Positions 39,001 through 52,314 of a DNA stretch of 64,000 bases are shown here, one piece after another; the first letter of the stretch is position 1, and each line of letters starts with the position of its first letter. A program made the translations under genes and the position numbers. A model generated the notes under the pieces. The model made no database searches and was not told the origin of the DNA. It worked only from the letters and a program-made list of their open reading frames with translations. The stretch covers positions 168,889,057 to 168,953,056 of the forward strand of contig NC_068982.1 in the NCBI RefSeq assembly GCF_001194135.2, in the 5' to 3' direction. The DNA comes from Octopus bimaculoides (lineage: Eukaryota).

Positions 39001-39064
39001 ACACATGGATATACACACACGCACACACACTCACAGCCACACACATACATACATATATACATAT

Positions 39065-39113
<49 letters not shown>

Positions 39114-39639
39114 NNNNNNNNNNNNNNNNNNNNNNNNNNNNNNNNNNNNNNNNNNNNNNNNNNNNNNNNNNNNNNNNNNNNNNNNNNNNNNNNNNNNNNN
39201 NNNNNNNNNNNNNNNNNNNNNNNNNNNNNNNNNNNNNNNNNNNNNNNNNNNNNNNNNNNNNNNNNNNNNNNNNNNNNNNNNNNNNNNNNNNNNNNNNNNN
39301 NNNNNNNNNNNNNNNNNNNNNNNNNNNNNNNNNNNNNNNNNNNNNNNNNNNNNNNNNNNNNNNNNNNNNNNNNNNNNNNNNNNNNNNNNNNNNNNNNNNN
39401 NNNNNNNNNNNNNNNNNNNNNNNNNNNNNNNNNNNNNNNNNNNNNNNNNNNNNNNNNNNNNNNNNNNNNNNNNNNNNNNNNNNNNNNNNNNNNNNNNNNN
39501 NNNNNNNNNNNNNNNNNNNNNNNNNNNNNNNNNNNNNNNNNNNNNNNNNNNNNNNNNNNNNNNNNNNNNNNNNNNNNNNNNNNNNNNNNNNNNNNNNNNN
39601 NNNNNNNNNNNNNNNNNNNNNNNNNNNNNNNNNNNNNNN

Positions 39640-39705
<66 letters not shown>

Positions 39706-39972
39706 TGCGTGCGTGCGTGCGTGCGCATGTAGGTTCGTATGTATCTAAGATTAAATGGTAAACAACTGAAACTTCGAATTTTAACATATCTGGAAATACG
39801 GTCACAACTGGTTCTGTGAATCGCAACCACTGAATATAAAATCAGTCATGGTGCTTAGAGACAATGAGAGAGCATACAGCCAATTCGATAGAATGTGGCG
39901 GTCCAAATCCTAGATGCATGACAAAGAGAGCACAACTCTTAACACTAAAATACTTAGTTTAACTTAGCTATA

Positions 39973-40515
39973 AATAGTTGTAACAGAATAGCATAGTTCT
40001 CTGCAAAAATCAGTCTGCTGTGTTCTCTTTCGGAGAATCCAAGTATTTATAGGTTTTCATGTAGATCTTTTGTTGCGTAGCCCAGCGAACTTATGATAAT
40101 AGGTACAAATATAAATCTATAGCCTGAATTTAAGAGCTGTAGGTTTCTCATTACTTTTCGTTTAATGTTCTCCTTTGTCATAATTTTTGAGCAGACGTTT
40201 ACATCTGCCGGGCAGCTGATATCTACAACACTGCACGACTTTTGCTCGCTCTCCCGTACAATTATGTCTGGCTAGTTGTGCTAATACCAGATGTAAACGT
40301 CTGCTCAAAAATTATGACAAAGGAGAACATCAAACGAAAAGTAATGAGAAACCTACAGCTCATAAATTCAAGCTATAGATATATATTTGTACCTATTATC
40401 ATAAGTTCACTGGGCTACGCAACGAAAGATATACATGAAAACCTATAAATGCTTCCGTAAAAGATCAGAGCAGACAGATTTTTGCAGTGAACTATGCTAT
40501 TCTGTCACAACTATT
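39973..40515. repeat. Fold-back element, ~230-bp inverted arms with 80-bp spacer
   Basis: 39973-40207 aligns to the reverse complement of 40288-40515 at high identity, e.g. CTGTAGGTTTCTCATTACTTTTCGTTT...TCCTTTGTCATAATTTTTGAGCAGACGTTTACATCTG. Confidence 0.92.
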
Positions 40516-41790
40516 GTTTCTTTTATTGGAATGTTCCACTAGTATTTTTCTTATTCTTAAAGGTGTGGCTATTTTCTGGTACTGCTCTGCCTTTGGTATG
40601 GCCGTCAGAACTATCTTTCAAGCGCATAGCATTGTAAATGGTCTTAGTGACGATACCATGTCTTATGAGAAGATAGTATTTACTACTATCATGAATATTT
40701 CTCTTCTTAGTCTCTCTTTAGGTTGAATAGTCCAGCCACTCTTGTTTCGCGTGGTGCAGCTGTAAACTCAGAGTAGTTAAGTTGTTTGCCTAATGTCATG
40801 TTATTATTTACTTCAATGTTGAGTTTACACATGTTGTACTCATTTCTCTCTTTACTGTTCAGTAGATGTTACCTAAATGAAAAGATGCAGCACTTAAAAG
40901 CCCTCTGAACTGATCGTATGCTTCTACCTCCAGAGGTTACTAGTCACTGTTAATATCTTCTCAGACCTGGTGTCCAAGTTACGAATTCCTTCGACTATCC
41001 AGTCTACTATCCTATATTTTGGTACTGGCACTGACACTGCGAAAGCACTGTAGAATATAGTTTTATTGAATGCAAACAACTCTGACTTCCATATCTTCCG
41101 ACGTCTGCTGAATTATTCTTTTGTCACTGTAGCTTTACTCAAAGCACAGCATTTGCAATATTCTCATCAATTCCAAGGTATTTGTAACATTCATCACTAA
41201 TGTTAGGGGAAATAAGCAAGCCATTGGTATCTATATTTGTTGCCTAGTCGACAATCTTCTTTCGTTTGACTCTCAAATGTGAACACCTGTCCTTACTAAG
41301 CTGCATTCGTGTATCCGATGAGAATGTTGTGACCAGTTCTATTTTTTCCTCGGTGTCATGAATATTACTTGAGTACAGCTTAAGGTCATCCGTAAAAAAT
41401 ATATGGGTGAAATTAATCTTTCTTTCATATGCAGTTTCTATCAGAACTTACAAGGGGTTCGCTACTAGGACGATAAACATAATGAATAAGCTGGTGCCCT
41501 CAGATATTCCTGTTGATAATGTAATTTTGTTAGTGACTATAGTGGTAGCCTCAGTTCTTATTGAATGTTCTGTAGGTCATATTGTTGACAGCCTCTCAAT
41601 GGCATTGACTATAGTATTTGGAATCACAGCAAGGCACAGTGACACTATAATACACGAATGAAGAACAGAATCGAACTCCTTCTTGTCCTCCAACCATACA
41701 GTCAGCAGATTTCGGTTGTGCTGTTTCGTTTCCTTAAAAACAACTTTGTCGCGTAGGAGCTGTTCGACACAGCGCCAGATTTCCATGTCA
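40516..41790 (-). mobile_element. R4/Dong-type non-LTR retrotransposon, degraded RT region
   Basis: WLEDKKEFDSVLHSCIIVSL (cf. WLDYKKAFDSVPH), GISEGTSL, FFTDDLKLY and YKYLGI, with stops and frameshifts. Confidence 0.8.
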
Positions 41791-42419
41791 TTGTTACCCT
41801 ATCTCTCTCCCTCTCCTTCTTTCTCCCCCCCNNNNNNNNNNNNNNNNNNNCCCCCCCCCTCTCTCTCTCTCTTCAAACCCAAAAACTTGTTCCCTGTTCT
41901 TGTGTAACATATCCTGATATTATACACACGTGTGCACAAACGAATACACACGAATACACAAACACACAAATACGTTATGCGTATGTGTGTGTATATATAA
42001 ATATATGATATATAATATATATATATATATATGTATATTATATATATATGCATGTGTGCATGTGTGTATGCGTGTGTGTGTTTGTGTGTGTGTGTGTGCG
42101 CATGTCTTTGTGTGTGTGTGTGCGTATGTGAGTGTGTGTGTGTGCGCGTGCGTGCATAAACACTTAAACGTCTTCGAATCATGTCAACCTGTTCGTTATT
42201 TTTTCACCAGGTCATATCTCTATTGCAAACTGGACAGCATTTTACTAACATCTTGGATGTTATAAATCATAATTTCTCCTGTATTTACTACACACTCAAT
42301 CTATTTACCTAAGAAGTTCATGTAGGCACATACGTGGGTTTACTTACTGCTCTGGACGTAACATGGCTACCAAGTAAGTCGGGATTTATTCTTAAACACG
42401 AACACATGAGCATATACTT

Positions 42420-42496
<77 letters not shown>

Positions 42497-43192
42497 CACA
42501 TACTGGTTAAACGAGAAGTGTGATACTTTTAACAGTAAATGCTTTCTATATTCTCTAACAAGAAAATAATTCTACTGGCTACTGGAGAAAGTTTATATGG
42601 CAAAACTAGAAATAAACAGTTTTATTCCATGAAAAATGGAACCCTTTCAGACGTCAAACCTCACTCTCTTAACAGCAACGAGAGCTCCCTTATTTTACAA
42701 TTTTTTCTCAACTGTTTTGGTTTTGCTTTGTGAATTCGTTTACTTTTATTTATTTATTCTTTTTGAAAATGAAGACCATCACTAATTTCATTACTATTCT
42801 AGTTAATTTTTTCTTTGATTTCATTTCCCTTTTGGTTTTAATGTCAGTCATATAACACGAAGAAATCTAATAAGCGAAATACTTCTACGTTTAACAAGAG
42901 AAATATTATAAATCATTACAGCAATAATTATGATGAATATATTATAACCTAACCTCAATTATTAATTTCTCATTTAAATATTATAAATTTGTTAGCAGAA
43001 ATGAAGATATGAGAATTGTGCAGTATCCACCATGCATTTTGTCAATGTTATCCCACCCTCTGTCTTTCTCCCGTTCTTTCTACGTGTGTATGCGTATGTG
43101 TGTGTGTGTGCGTGTGTGCCTCTGTGTGTGTGCGCGCGCGCGCGCGTGAGTTTGTGTGTGTATATGTATGTATGTATCTGTATGCATGTATG

Positions 43193-43270
<78 letters not shown>

Positions 43271-43930
43271 TATATNNNNNNNNNNNNNNNNNNNNNNNNN
43301 NNNNNNNNNNNNNNNNNNNNNNNNNNNNNNNNNNNNNNNNNNNNNNNNNNNNNNNNNNNNNNNNNNNNNNNNNNNNNNNNNNNNNNNNNNNNNNNNNNNN
43401 NNNNNNNNNNNNNNNNNNNNNNNNNNNNNNNNNNNNNNNNNNNNNNNNNNNNNNNNNNNNNNNNNNNNNNNNNNNNNNNNNNNNNNNNNNNNNNNNNNNN
43501 NNNNNNNNNNNNNNNNNNNNNNNNNNNNNNNNNNNNNNNNNNNNNNNNNNNNNNNNNNNNNNNNNNNNNNNNNNNNNNNNNNNNNNNNNNNNNNNNNNNN
43601 NNNNNNNNNNNNNNNNNNNNNNNNNNNNNNNNNNNNNNNNNNNNNNNNNNNNNNNNNNNNNNNNNNNNNNNNNNNNNNNNNNNNNNNNNNNNNNNNNNNN
43701 NNNNNNNNNNNNNNNNNNNNNNNNNNNNNNNNNNNNNNNNNNNNNNNNNNNNNNNNNNNNNNNNNNNNNNNNNNNNNNNNNNNNNNNNNNNNNNNNNNNN
43801 NNNNNNNNNNNNNNNNNNNNNNNNNNNNNNNNNNNNNNNNNNNNNNNNNNNNNNNNNNNNNNNNNNNNNNNNNNNNNNNNTATATATATATATATATAGA
43901 TATATATATAGATATATATATATATAGATA

Positions 43931-44120
43931 TGGGAGAATGTACGAAAAAAAACAACAACAGACGAGGACAGGTGGTGTAAACAACAAATGGATGTATTAG
44001 TTTGACGCTCAGGAATACAGAAAGTCTTTAACGTTTCGAGCTACACTCTTCAACAGAAAGAATACGGAGAAAACAAGGAGAAAAACATGGAGAAAAAAAA
44101 TTGAATGGTCTGGTCAACGA
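43931..44120 (-). repeat. Penelope-associated terminal repeat with hammerhead-like motif
   Basis: Reverse complement is homologous to 5780-5960, including CTGTTGAAGAG..GTAG.CTCGAAAC. Confidence 0.7.
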
Positions 44121-44591
44121 TCTACCCATATATATGTGAATGTGTACATATATGTGTGTGTACGTACAATATATGTATATATATAATGTATGTATATAAT
44201 ATATGTATGTATGTGATCATAAGTCGTTTATATAGCATTCAAAGCGTTCCCCCAACATGACCGCGGTCCAATGACTGGAATAGGGAAAAAATTAAAAGGC
44301 ATATAACAAAATCTGTAAGCAATCTTTCAGGTCAATTTTTAGTGCAATATATCTATTAAAAAATACCAAGTTGATGTTTTAATGAAGGTTTACTTTGAGC
44401 AACATTTTCGCCCAAAATCCACAGCTCAATCTTTGCAGTTCTCATTGACTGCGATCATTTTTTTCTCTGACTTTCTGTTTCTATCGTTAAATCTAGTTTC
44501 ACTTCCATATCGCTTATGAGCAACTTACTTTATGATGGCAATATTGTTATAGCAATGATTTTTTTTATGTAAGCAATATTGTTCATACACT

Positions 44592-44720
<129 letters not shown>

Positions 44721-47208
44721 CATTTATGAGCTCGAACTATGACAGAAAAGATTCTTATCCTATGGATTCAAAATCTATGTTGAATGCTACCTATTACATC
44801 AAATAAACTCTGTCAAATTAAACTATCAAATTAGCATTTACAAACGTTTCACTAATGTAAATTAACAGCACTACCTTAAATCTTAGTACAAGATGCTCAC
44901 AGAGAACTTTGTAACAACTTATCCACCATAGAGAAAGCAACCCACAGCTATATCACACAGTTCGGTTCAGTATAATACAATTAATGGCAGGTGAGATTAT
45001 GAATAGCAATTAACTATAATAGGAATTATTAAGATTTTAACCACAAGACAAGTTGCATATGGGCAATCAATCTTCTGGTAGTTGAAGGTCTACGAAATTA
45101 CCATGAGGTGAAGTAGTACCGTTAGTTTGTATTAGTAAAAGCGTCGATAAGTGCTAACCTGACAAAATAACTTGGCAAAACTTTATGTTGTTCGACTCCC
45201 GCGGTAGAATTTGTTCTCTTCTTTCCTGTCATAGGTCGTTCCTGTAAATATCTTAAATATTCATATCCGTTGGCTTAGCTGCCGTGCTGCAGTTAAATCT
45301 GGCTGGGTTACTGGTGAAGCTGCTAGATTTGTCCTACTTTCCTTTTATGTTGTAAACTAAGAGTTATCATCTAATAGTGTGGATTTAGTTTTATTGTTAA
45401 CTTTTTGGGGACGTGATGTTATTTCGAGTAATTAACTCGTTAGTTTGCTAATATAGTTGCTTTATCAGTTTTCACTTCCACTAATAACAACAACACTAAC
45501 ACCATTTAGCCAACGACAGCCATCCTGCTAGAAATAAGCCAACACTACTTCAGGTTACACTTTACCGTTTTAATGAAGGAAATTCACATTGAAGAAATCA
45601 GAGCTAACTCTTTCTGAAATTACACCCTAATGTATATTGTATTTCTGGAACATTATCCAAAGTGTAATTTAAAAGAGGGAACATTCATTGTATATAGTCC
45701 ACGATATATAATATGGGGAAAACAATGTGATGGCCATAAGTGGAATGTCTTTGATCATTAGTTTAATTAGTTGGGGCTGACTTAGTGACTAAACAGCAAC
45801 CACAATAAAATAAGACTGATAATTTCTTACATTAACATAAAGTGAAAACTGAGTAATATAGATTGGGTGGCAGAGGTCATAGTTAGACGATTGAGCTGAT
45901 TCCATTACATGACTGTACACATGTTTATTGATCCTACCCGCGAGGAATCGATAGGCTAGATCAAACTTAGCTTTGAAAGGATAACGCAGAAGCGAGAGGT
46001 ATTCGTACTGAAAAACAGTTAGTCCAGTGCGCTACTGTTTCTGGCACCTCATCGTGGTTAGATCACTACAACCACCACTATCTCCACCACCCACTGATGA
46101 TGATTATTAGCTTAATGAACCAATAGTGTAGAAGTTGTTGCTGTCATTGTGTAGCCTCAGGTCAGCACTGAACTGAGTGCCTGACCAAAAGCGCTTCTGC
46201 CGCAACCGTCTTGCATGACTTCATCAAAGAAAGTATCTCTCCCGTTACTTACAAGACAATTTGATGTACATCTGGCAGCTATTTCTTGCAGGCCGAGCGA
46301 TTACAAAGAGGCTCCCAGTTTGGCTCGAACAATGTAAAAGGTTTACAATAGTGAAAATAATTGTCTCAAATTCGATTTCTGTTAGAAGCTGAATATTCTT
46401 CCATTAATGCTTTTAATGCCCCTGGTATGGATCTGTACAACCCTTTATGCCTTTCCTCCCGTGAGAAAAAAATTTTTTTTATCTACTTAAATGACTCCAG
46501 TATATTGTTTATCTATGTTTAAAATGAACGGCTTATTTCTCAATGTCTCTATTTAAATTATAAACAATTTCATAGAAAGACGCCATTTTTCAACCGGCGT
46601 TGGCATAAGTCTGATAATAAATAAGCAACATTAATTAAGATAGTATTCAGTAAATAAGCTAATTAATTCAACATATCAACTTAGCTGCATCGAATCTGAT
46701 AAGATGTCGAGCTGCTAGAAGCGCTATGATAACGATCGAACAGATCTCTTACTTTTTATTTGCCTCATATTTTCCATTTGGCTATAATCTCGGCAATCAC
46801 ATTACAACAATATTATGTGCTGTCATAGAAAGAATTAATTTATATGCAGCGTTGTTCTTAACATAATTAACTACTAAATACCTAATTTTTTAAGAGTTTG
46901 TGGTCAGTTTAATTACAATTTTATTTAACAAAATTACTGACCTCCGCCAGCCTAATTAGTGACCTTATTTAGTCTAGCTCGTCGTCTTACTTCTCCTAAT
47001 TATATACTTTAATAGCCTAATTAGTTCTTTTATCTAGCCTAATTGGAATCTTTGGAGACTATCCTAAATAGCGACCTTTTTTAACCTAACTGGTAACGTT
47101 ATTTAGTCTAATTCTGACCTTTAGCCTTATTTAGCCTATTCTGACCTTTAACTTTATGTAGCTTAATTCTAATATATTATTCAGTTGGTCTTCTTATGAC
47201 AATTTCAG

Positions 47209-47477
47209 TTGGTTGTGTTTGATATGTTGGACAGCGGTCAGTTTAACTGTGACACTCAACATAGTCTGTCTAGCTCAATTGAATTCCGTCTTTGCAAGAA
47301 GTTCACTAAGCGCTGCCGGAGCTCGGTCTCGTACCGGAGTAAGCAGACCAGCAAGCGACCGAGAGAAAAACAATCTTCGGCAACGTATAACACAAAACGA
47401 CGTTCGAGTGGCTGACCAGAGGGCCAGGGAAGTTTTAGCCAGGAAGAACCAAGAAGATCGTTTCTTCTTTAACCTAG
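47209..47477 (+). CDS. Animal heme peroxidase, signal peptide/propeptide exon
   Basis: tttcag| (x)WLCLICWTAVSLTVTLNIVCLAQLNSVF...ITQNDVRVADQRAREVLARKNQEDRFFFNL-G |gtaagt. Open over 269 nt, strong donor, phase 1 end compatible with the 54164 exon. Assigned by phase and propeptide-like pattern. Confidence 0.7.
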
Positions 47478-47507
47478 GTAAGTTACTTATGTTTGCATAT
47501 TTGTTTT

Positions 47508-47615
<108 letters not shown>

Positions 47616-48515
47616 ACTCACTCTCTTTCTCCCTCTCTCTCTCACTCTCTCTCGCAAAATCATTAGTCTTGTTAAATATAATTTGTCGTTGTCGTTGATG
47701 GTTGTGTTACTGTTGCCATCGTTGATGCTGTTGCTTTTGTTGTTGTTTTTGTTGTTGCTGTTGCTTATATTGTTGCTGCTGTTGTTGTGGTGGTGATGGT
47801 TGTTGTAGTTGTTGTTATTGTTGTTGTTGCGGGAGCAATTATTGCTGCTATTTCATAGCTATGTACTTAAAATGCTGTGAATTTTGTGTTACATGCTCTG
47901 CATGTAGTTAGCTTTTCAATGTACGTAATGTAAGCCCTATTCTGCATTTTGTAGTTTGTTAGATCATTGATCTCTTGTGGATACAAGCATAATAGTGTGG
48001 TTAAAAACTTCGCTTTGCAGCCATAAAATCCTGAGTTTGATCCCACTGAGTGACTCCTTAAACACGTATATCTAACCACAACTTCAGGTCGATCAAACCT
48101 TGTCAATGAAACCAATCAGATGAAAACTGCAGAAGCCCTTTAGATCGAATGTATTTGTCATTGAACTTCTAACCTTTCCAAGCTGATTCTGCCTGAGAAC
48201 CCTGTTAAGGGTATATGTGTCAGTAGAAAACTCAACACATGCACCATAATTTGATGAGTAACAAAGCTCAGTCGATCTAACAACTGAACGCTCATCATCG
48301 TCACCGACCGATATCCACACAATAAATATTCAAGGAATATTTTTTACAATGAAGTAAACAAACAGGGTGTGCATTGCGCTTCATGGATGTATCAAAGGTT
48401 GAACAGAAAGAACACAACAAAGAGAAGAAGTTAGACGAAAGCAGAGCAAACGTGAAACTAGATGAAAATTAACGGACGGGACATTTAGACAAAGACACTC
48501 TCTCTCTCTCTCTCT

Positions 48516-48711
48516 CTTTTACTTGTTTCAGTCATTTGACTGCGGCCATGCTGGAGCACCGCCTTTAGTCGAGCAAGTCGACCCCGGGACTTATTCTTTG
48601 TAAGCCTAGTACTTATTCTATCGGTCTCTTTTGCCGAACCGCTAAGTGAAGGGGACATAAACACACCAGCATCGGTTGTCAAGCAATGCTAGGGGGACAA
48701 ACACAGACACA

Positions 48712-48747
<36 letters not shown>

Positions 48748-49044
48748 NNNNNNNNNNNNNNNNNNNNNNNNNNNNNNNNNNNNNNNNNNNNNNNNNNNNN
48801 NNNNNNNNNNNNNNNNNNNNNNNNNNNNNNNNNNNNNNNNNNNNNNNATATATATATATATATATATATACATATATACGACGGGCTTCTTTCAGTTTCC
48901 GTCTACCAAATCCACTCACAAGGCTTTGGTCGGCCCGAGGCTATAGTAGAAGACACTTGCCCAAGATGCCACGCAGTGGGACTGAACCCGGAACCATGTG
49001 GTTGGTAAGCAAGCTACTTACCACACAGCCACTCCTACGCCTAT
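48516..49044 (-). mobile_element. SINE family A, near-complete copy
   Basis: Reverse complement GGCGTAGGAGTGGCTGTGTGGTAAGTAGCTTGCTTACCAACCACATGG... to ...GACTGAAACAAGTAAAAGAG. Confidence 0.9.
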
Positions 49045-49779
49045 ATACGGAATATTCGCAGCTGAGTTTTCCTCGTCAATCAATGGCGCAAAATATCATA
49101 GTGGTTTCGTGCCATTACCATTGAGGCCATTCAGTTAAGCTACTGGGGAAAAAGCTAGCGAAATATATATATATGAACAAAAGTTTGATGTCAAGAAGAT
49201 AGATATCTGTTTATTTAAAATGTGCTTTATTCTTAGAGACTATGCCTGAAGACATTGGCTGAAGAAATTCTATTCCGAAACCTTTCAAACGAATCTCTCG
49301 TCATGTTATTTTGGGGGCGGAAAAATTAAACGTTAAATCGCAAAACAAAGATTAATTTGAAACTAAAATCTCTTAAATTTGTTCCCTTATCACGTTAGGT
49401 TTTGATTCTGGTTCTATTGATGTGAATATAATTTAATTAATTCCTTATCAAACTCTCAAGTTTGACAGAACAATAGCCATATTTTTATTTGGATAGATTT
49501 CGCGTGAAATAACTTCATTTAATTTGGCAACATCAACAGCAACATCTGGAACTGACAAACACTATTATTTTTACTGTTTTTGTTTGTTTTTGCTTCTTGT
49601 TTTTCGTTGATGATGTTTTGCTGTTGCATGGCTAACAAGGCAAAATTGGAAACTTTCTACTAAGACTGACATTGTTGTTGATATTGTTATTGTTATTTAT
49701 GTTATTCATAATATATCGTTAATATCATTAATATTATTGTTGTTTTGTTGTTATTCTGTAGTCTTATTTTTATCACGTG

Positions 49780-51190
49780 CCTTCACTGTACTACCGAGCA
49801 CAGCTCTGAGTGACTTGGTTTTGGTTTTGTTATTTTCACTGTATTGAAAGTGCTTTAAGAAGTATGTGTGCACTGTCTAGTAGTGCTATTTTTTGTATGT
49901 TATATATATTCGTAAGTCTTGGTGTATTGGTTATGTATTTCTCTGCATGCTTCTTAATCATACCTAATGCACCTATTATTACAGGATTGTTTCTGTTTTT
50001 AAGTTCCACATTCGGGATATCTCTATTTCCAGATATTTGTATTTTGAGAGTTTCTCCGTTTCTTTTAGAGATACATTATCGTCTTTTTGGATTGATACAG
50101 CGATTAGGAGGCATTTTTTTTCTATCACACACGTTAATCTCTCGAAAGATTAAAACCGAGTGTAACAGGAATTTTGCAAAGCCCGGTATATCATCATTAA
50201 TTTCTTGATAAAATCTTTTTGGTCGATTCTAAATAATTGGTTTTGCTGGTATTGTTTAATCTGTTGTTCAAACCTAGTTAGCTCTGCTTTTTTGACAAGT
50301 ATACGCTGCTTCAGTTATTCAACTATAACATTCAGACCTTTTGTATCTACACCATACTTCTTCAATTTTTCAAATTTGCGATCATTCTTCAATTGTCCTT
50401 TTCTTTTCCTGACACTACAATGTTCAGGAAGTTTATATCTTCTGAAATTCTCCTTTTCCACCAAAGTTGTTTAGTTCCAAAGTTGTTTAGAAATCAGTCG
50501 ATGTTCTGTTCCTAATAGTTCTCAATCCTATCCTTTCTTCCACAATCTTACTTGCAGCTTTGAAGCGTTTATTTGTTTGTGTGATGTTCTTTGTTTCAAT
50601 GTGTCTCAATACATTATTGACTTTACTTGTCTCTTGATTTAGTCTCCAGTTGTTACCTTTCTTGAAGTCGCACATAAATTCTTTCTTCTTTATTCAATAA
50701 ATCCAAGATCTTTTTTTATTACTATTTGGTCTTCATTGTTTAAATAGTCACTAATCTCGATTCTTTCACGTTTCATAGTTGTATATTCTTGTGAACAATT
50801 GTCCATTTCTTCCACTAATATCACTTACGTATCTCGCATTCCCAGCATCACATGATATCCTTTTTTTAATAGCCTCCAGCTCCAATTCCGTTAACCATCC
50901 ATTCTTTCGTATTACTCGTGCTTGGTCACATAAGTTTTGTTCAGTAATTTCAAATAGATCCATTGCCTTCCATTTTCTGTGCATTCATTTTCTGTACCCT
51001 CTGACTGGTACGTCATTTGCATCCACTGGGATGCTCAGGTAGTCACACTCCATAATCAGCATGTTTACTTGTTTATTCCATTTATGTCTTGCTGGATTAC
51101 GACTGTGCCCACCCTGCTGCATAGTGGGACACTTGTCGGATGCGGCGCCTTTACCATTTGTCCTAGTCCTTTACATAGCGTTATCGTTAG
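49780..51190 (-). mobile_element. R4/Dong-type element: 5' UTR and N-terminal region joined to the RLE endonuclease end (RT absent)
   Basis: N-terminal EQNLCDQARVIRKNGWLTELELE (50766-50984), then at ~50135 LLIAVSIQKDDNVSLKETEKLSKYKYLEIEISRMW...PVIIGALG...AHILLKALS. Confidence 0.8.
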
Positions 51191-51267
51191 CTATTATTAT
51201 TGTTGTTGTTGTTGTTGTTGTAGTTGTTGTCATCGTCGTTGTCGTCGTTGTTATTGTTGTTAATTAC

Positions 51268-52190
51268 TTTTAATTTGCATGCTTGTTACAATCACTTGCC
51301 GAGACACACCCAGCACCCTAAAGCGAGTGATGGGTAAGAGATGTTATAGTATGACAGAAAGCTTGAGATGGGGAAGTAGCAGGAGCAGTAGTGAAATATC
51401 TTCATGTAATACAACACGGACATTTAAATAGATAAGGTCTTTCTAAGGATATGGGCAGTACTTGTCAGTACAATCTTTTGGATTTCTCTGAGGCATGGTT
51501 CTCCTGGGATGTTGTCTAGATGTTTCTGATATTCTTTTTGTATCATACCTAGGTCACCTAGAATAACACTAACAGTTCTTGCTTTAAGATGCCACGTCTT
51601 TTGTATTTCAATTTCTAGGTCCTTATATTTATTTGATTTGTTAAATTCCTTTACAGATATATTTTTATCAATAGAGAACACTTACATTTATTAGTCTAAA
51701 AGTAATTTCCTCCCTGTCTTTAATAATTATGTCTGACCGATTATTCTGGATCTTTCAGTAAGAGTTGACTGGAAAATCCCAAAGGATAGTGACATTTTTG
51801 CCTCCAACGACTGGCTCAAGATGATGTCCATACCAGTAAGCAAGAGTGCTTATTTTGTTGTGTTTGCATATTTTCCAATGTAAATACTGTCCTACCCTAT
51901 TGTGGTGATTTTTGTATTCGTTTGGTGTCAGCTCAGGACATCCCGAGACGAGATGGTCGATTGTTTCGTCAAATGTATCGCAGAGTCTGCATTTAGTGTC
52001 AGAACCGTTTTGAAGAACGTTAGCCTGGTAGTTTTGGGGAAGCAAGTTTTGATGTTGTGCTGCCAATATGAAACCTTCAGCTTCTAGTTTCAGTCCTGGA
52101 CTTCTCAGCCATTGATGGATTGTTGTTTGGTCTACATCAACATTTCGACTTCAAAGAATATACTGTCTGTGCAGGAGCTTCTGGCTCCAC
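51268..52190 (-). mobile_element. R4/Dong-type element, 3' part (CCHC knuckle and RLE endonuclease)
   Basis: CRLCDTFDETIDHLVSGC..., ILWDFPV and KYKDLEIEIQKTW...TAHILRKTLSI*. Ends at an (AAC/AAT)n tract. Confidence 0.88.
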
Positions 52191-52227
52191 CGCTCCCCTA
52201 TTCGTATCTGCCTGTTCGCTTTTGAAG

Positions 52228-52314
52228 TCTGCAAATTGAACTCAGAACGTAAAGACAGACGAAATACCGCTAAGCATTTCGCCCGGCGTGCTAACGTTTC
52301 TGTCAGCTCGCCGC
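52228..52314 (-). mobile_element. SINE family B 5' fragment
   Basis: Reverse complement GCGGCGAGCTGACAGAAACGTTAGCACGCCGGGCG...GAGTTCAATTTG. Confidence 0.8.
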
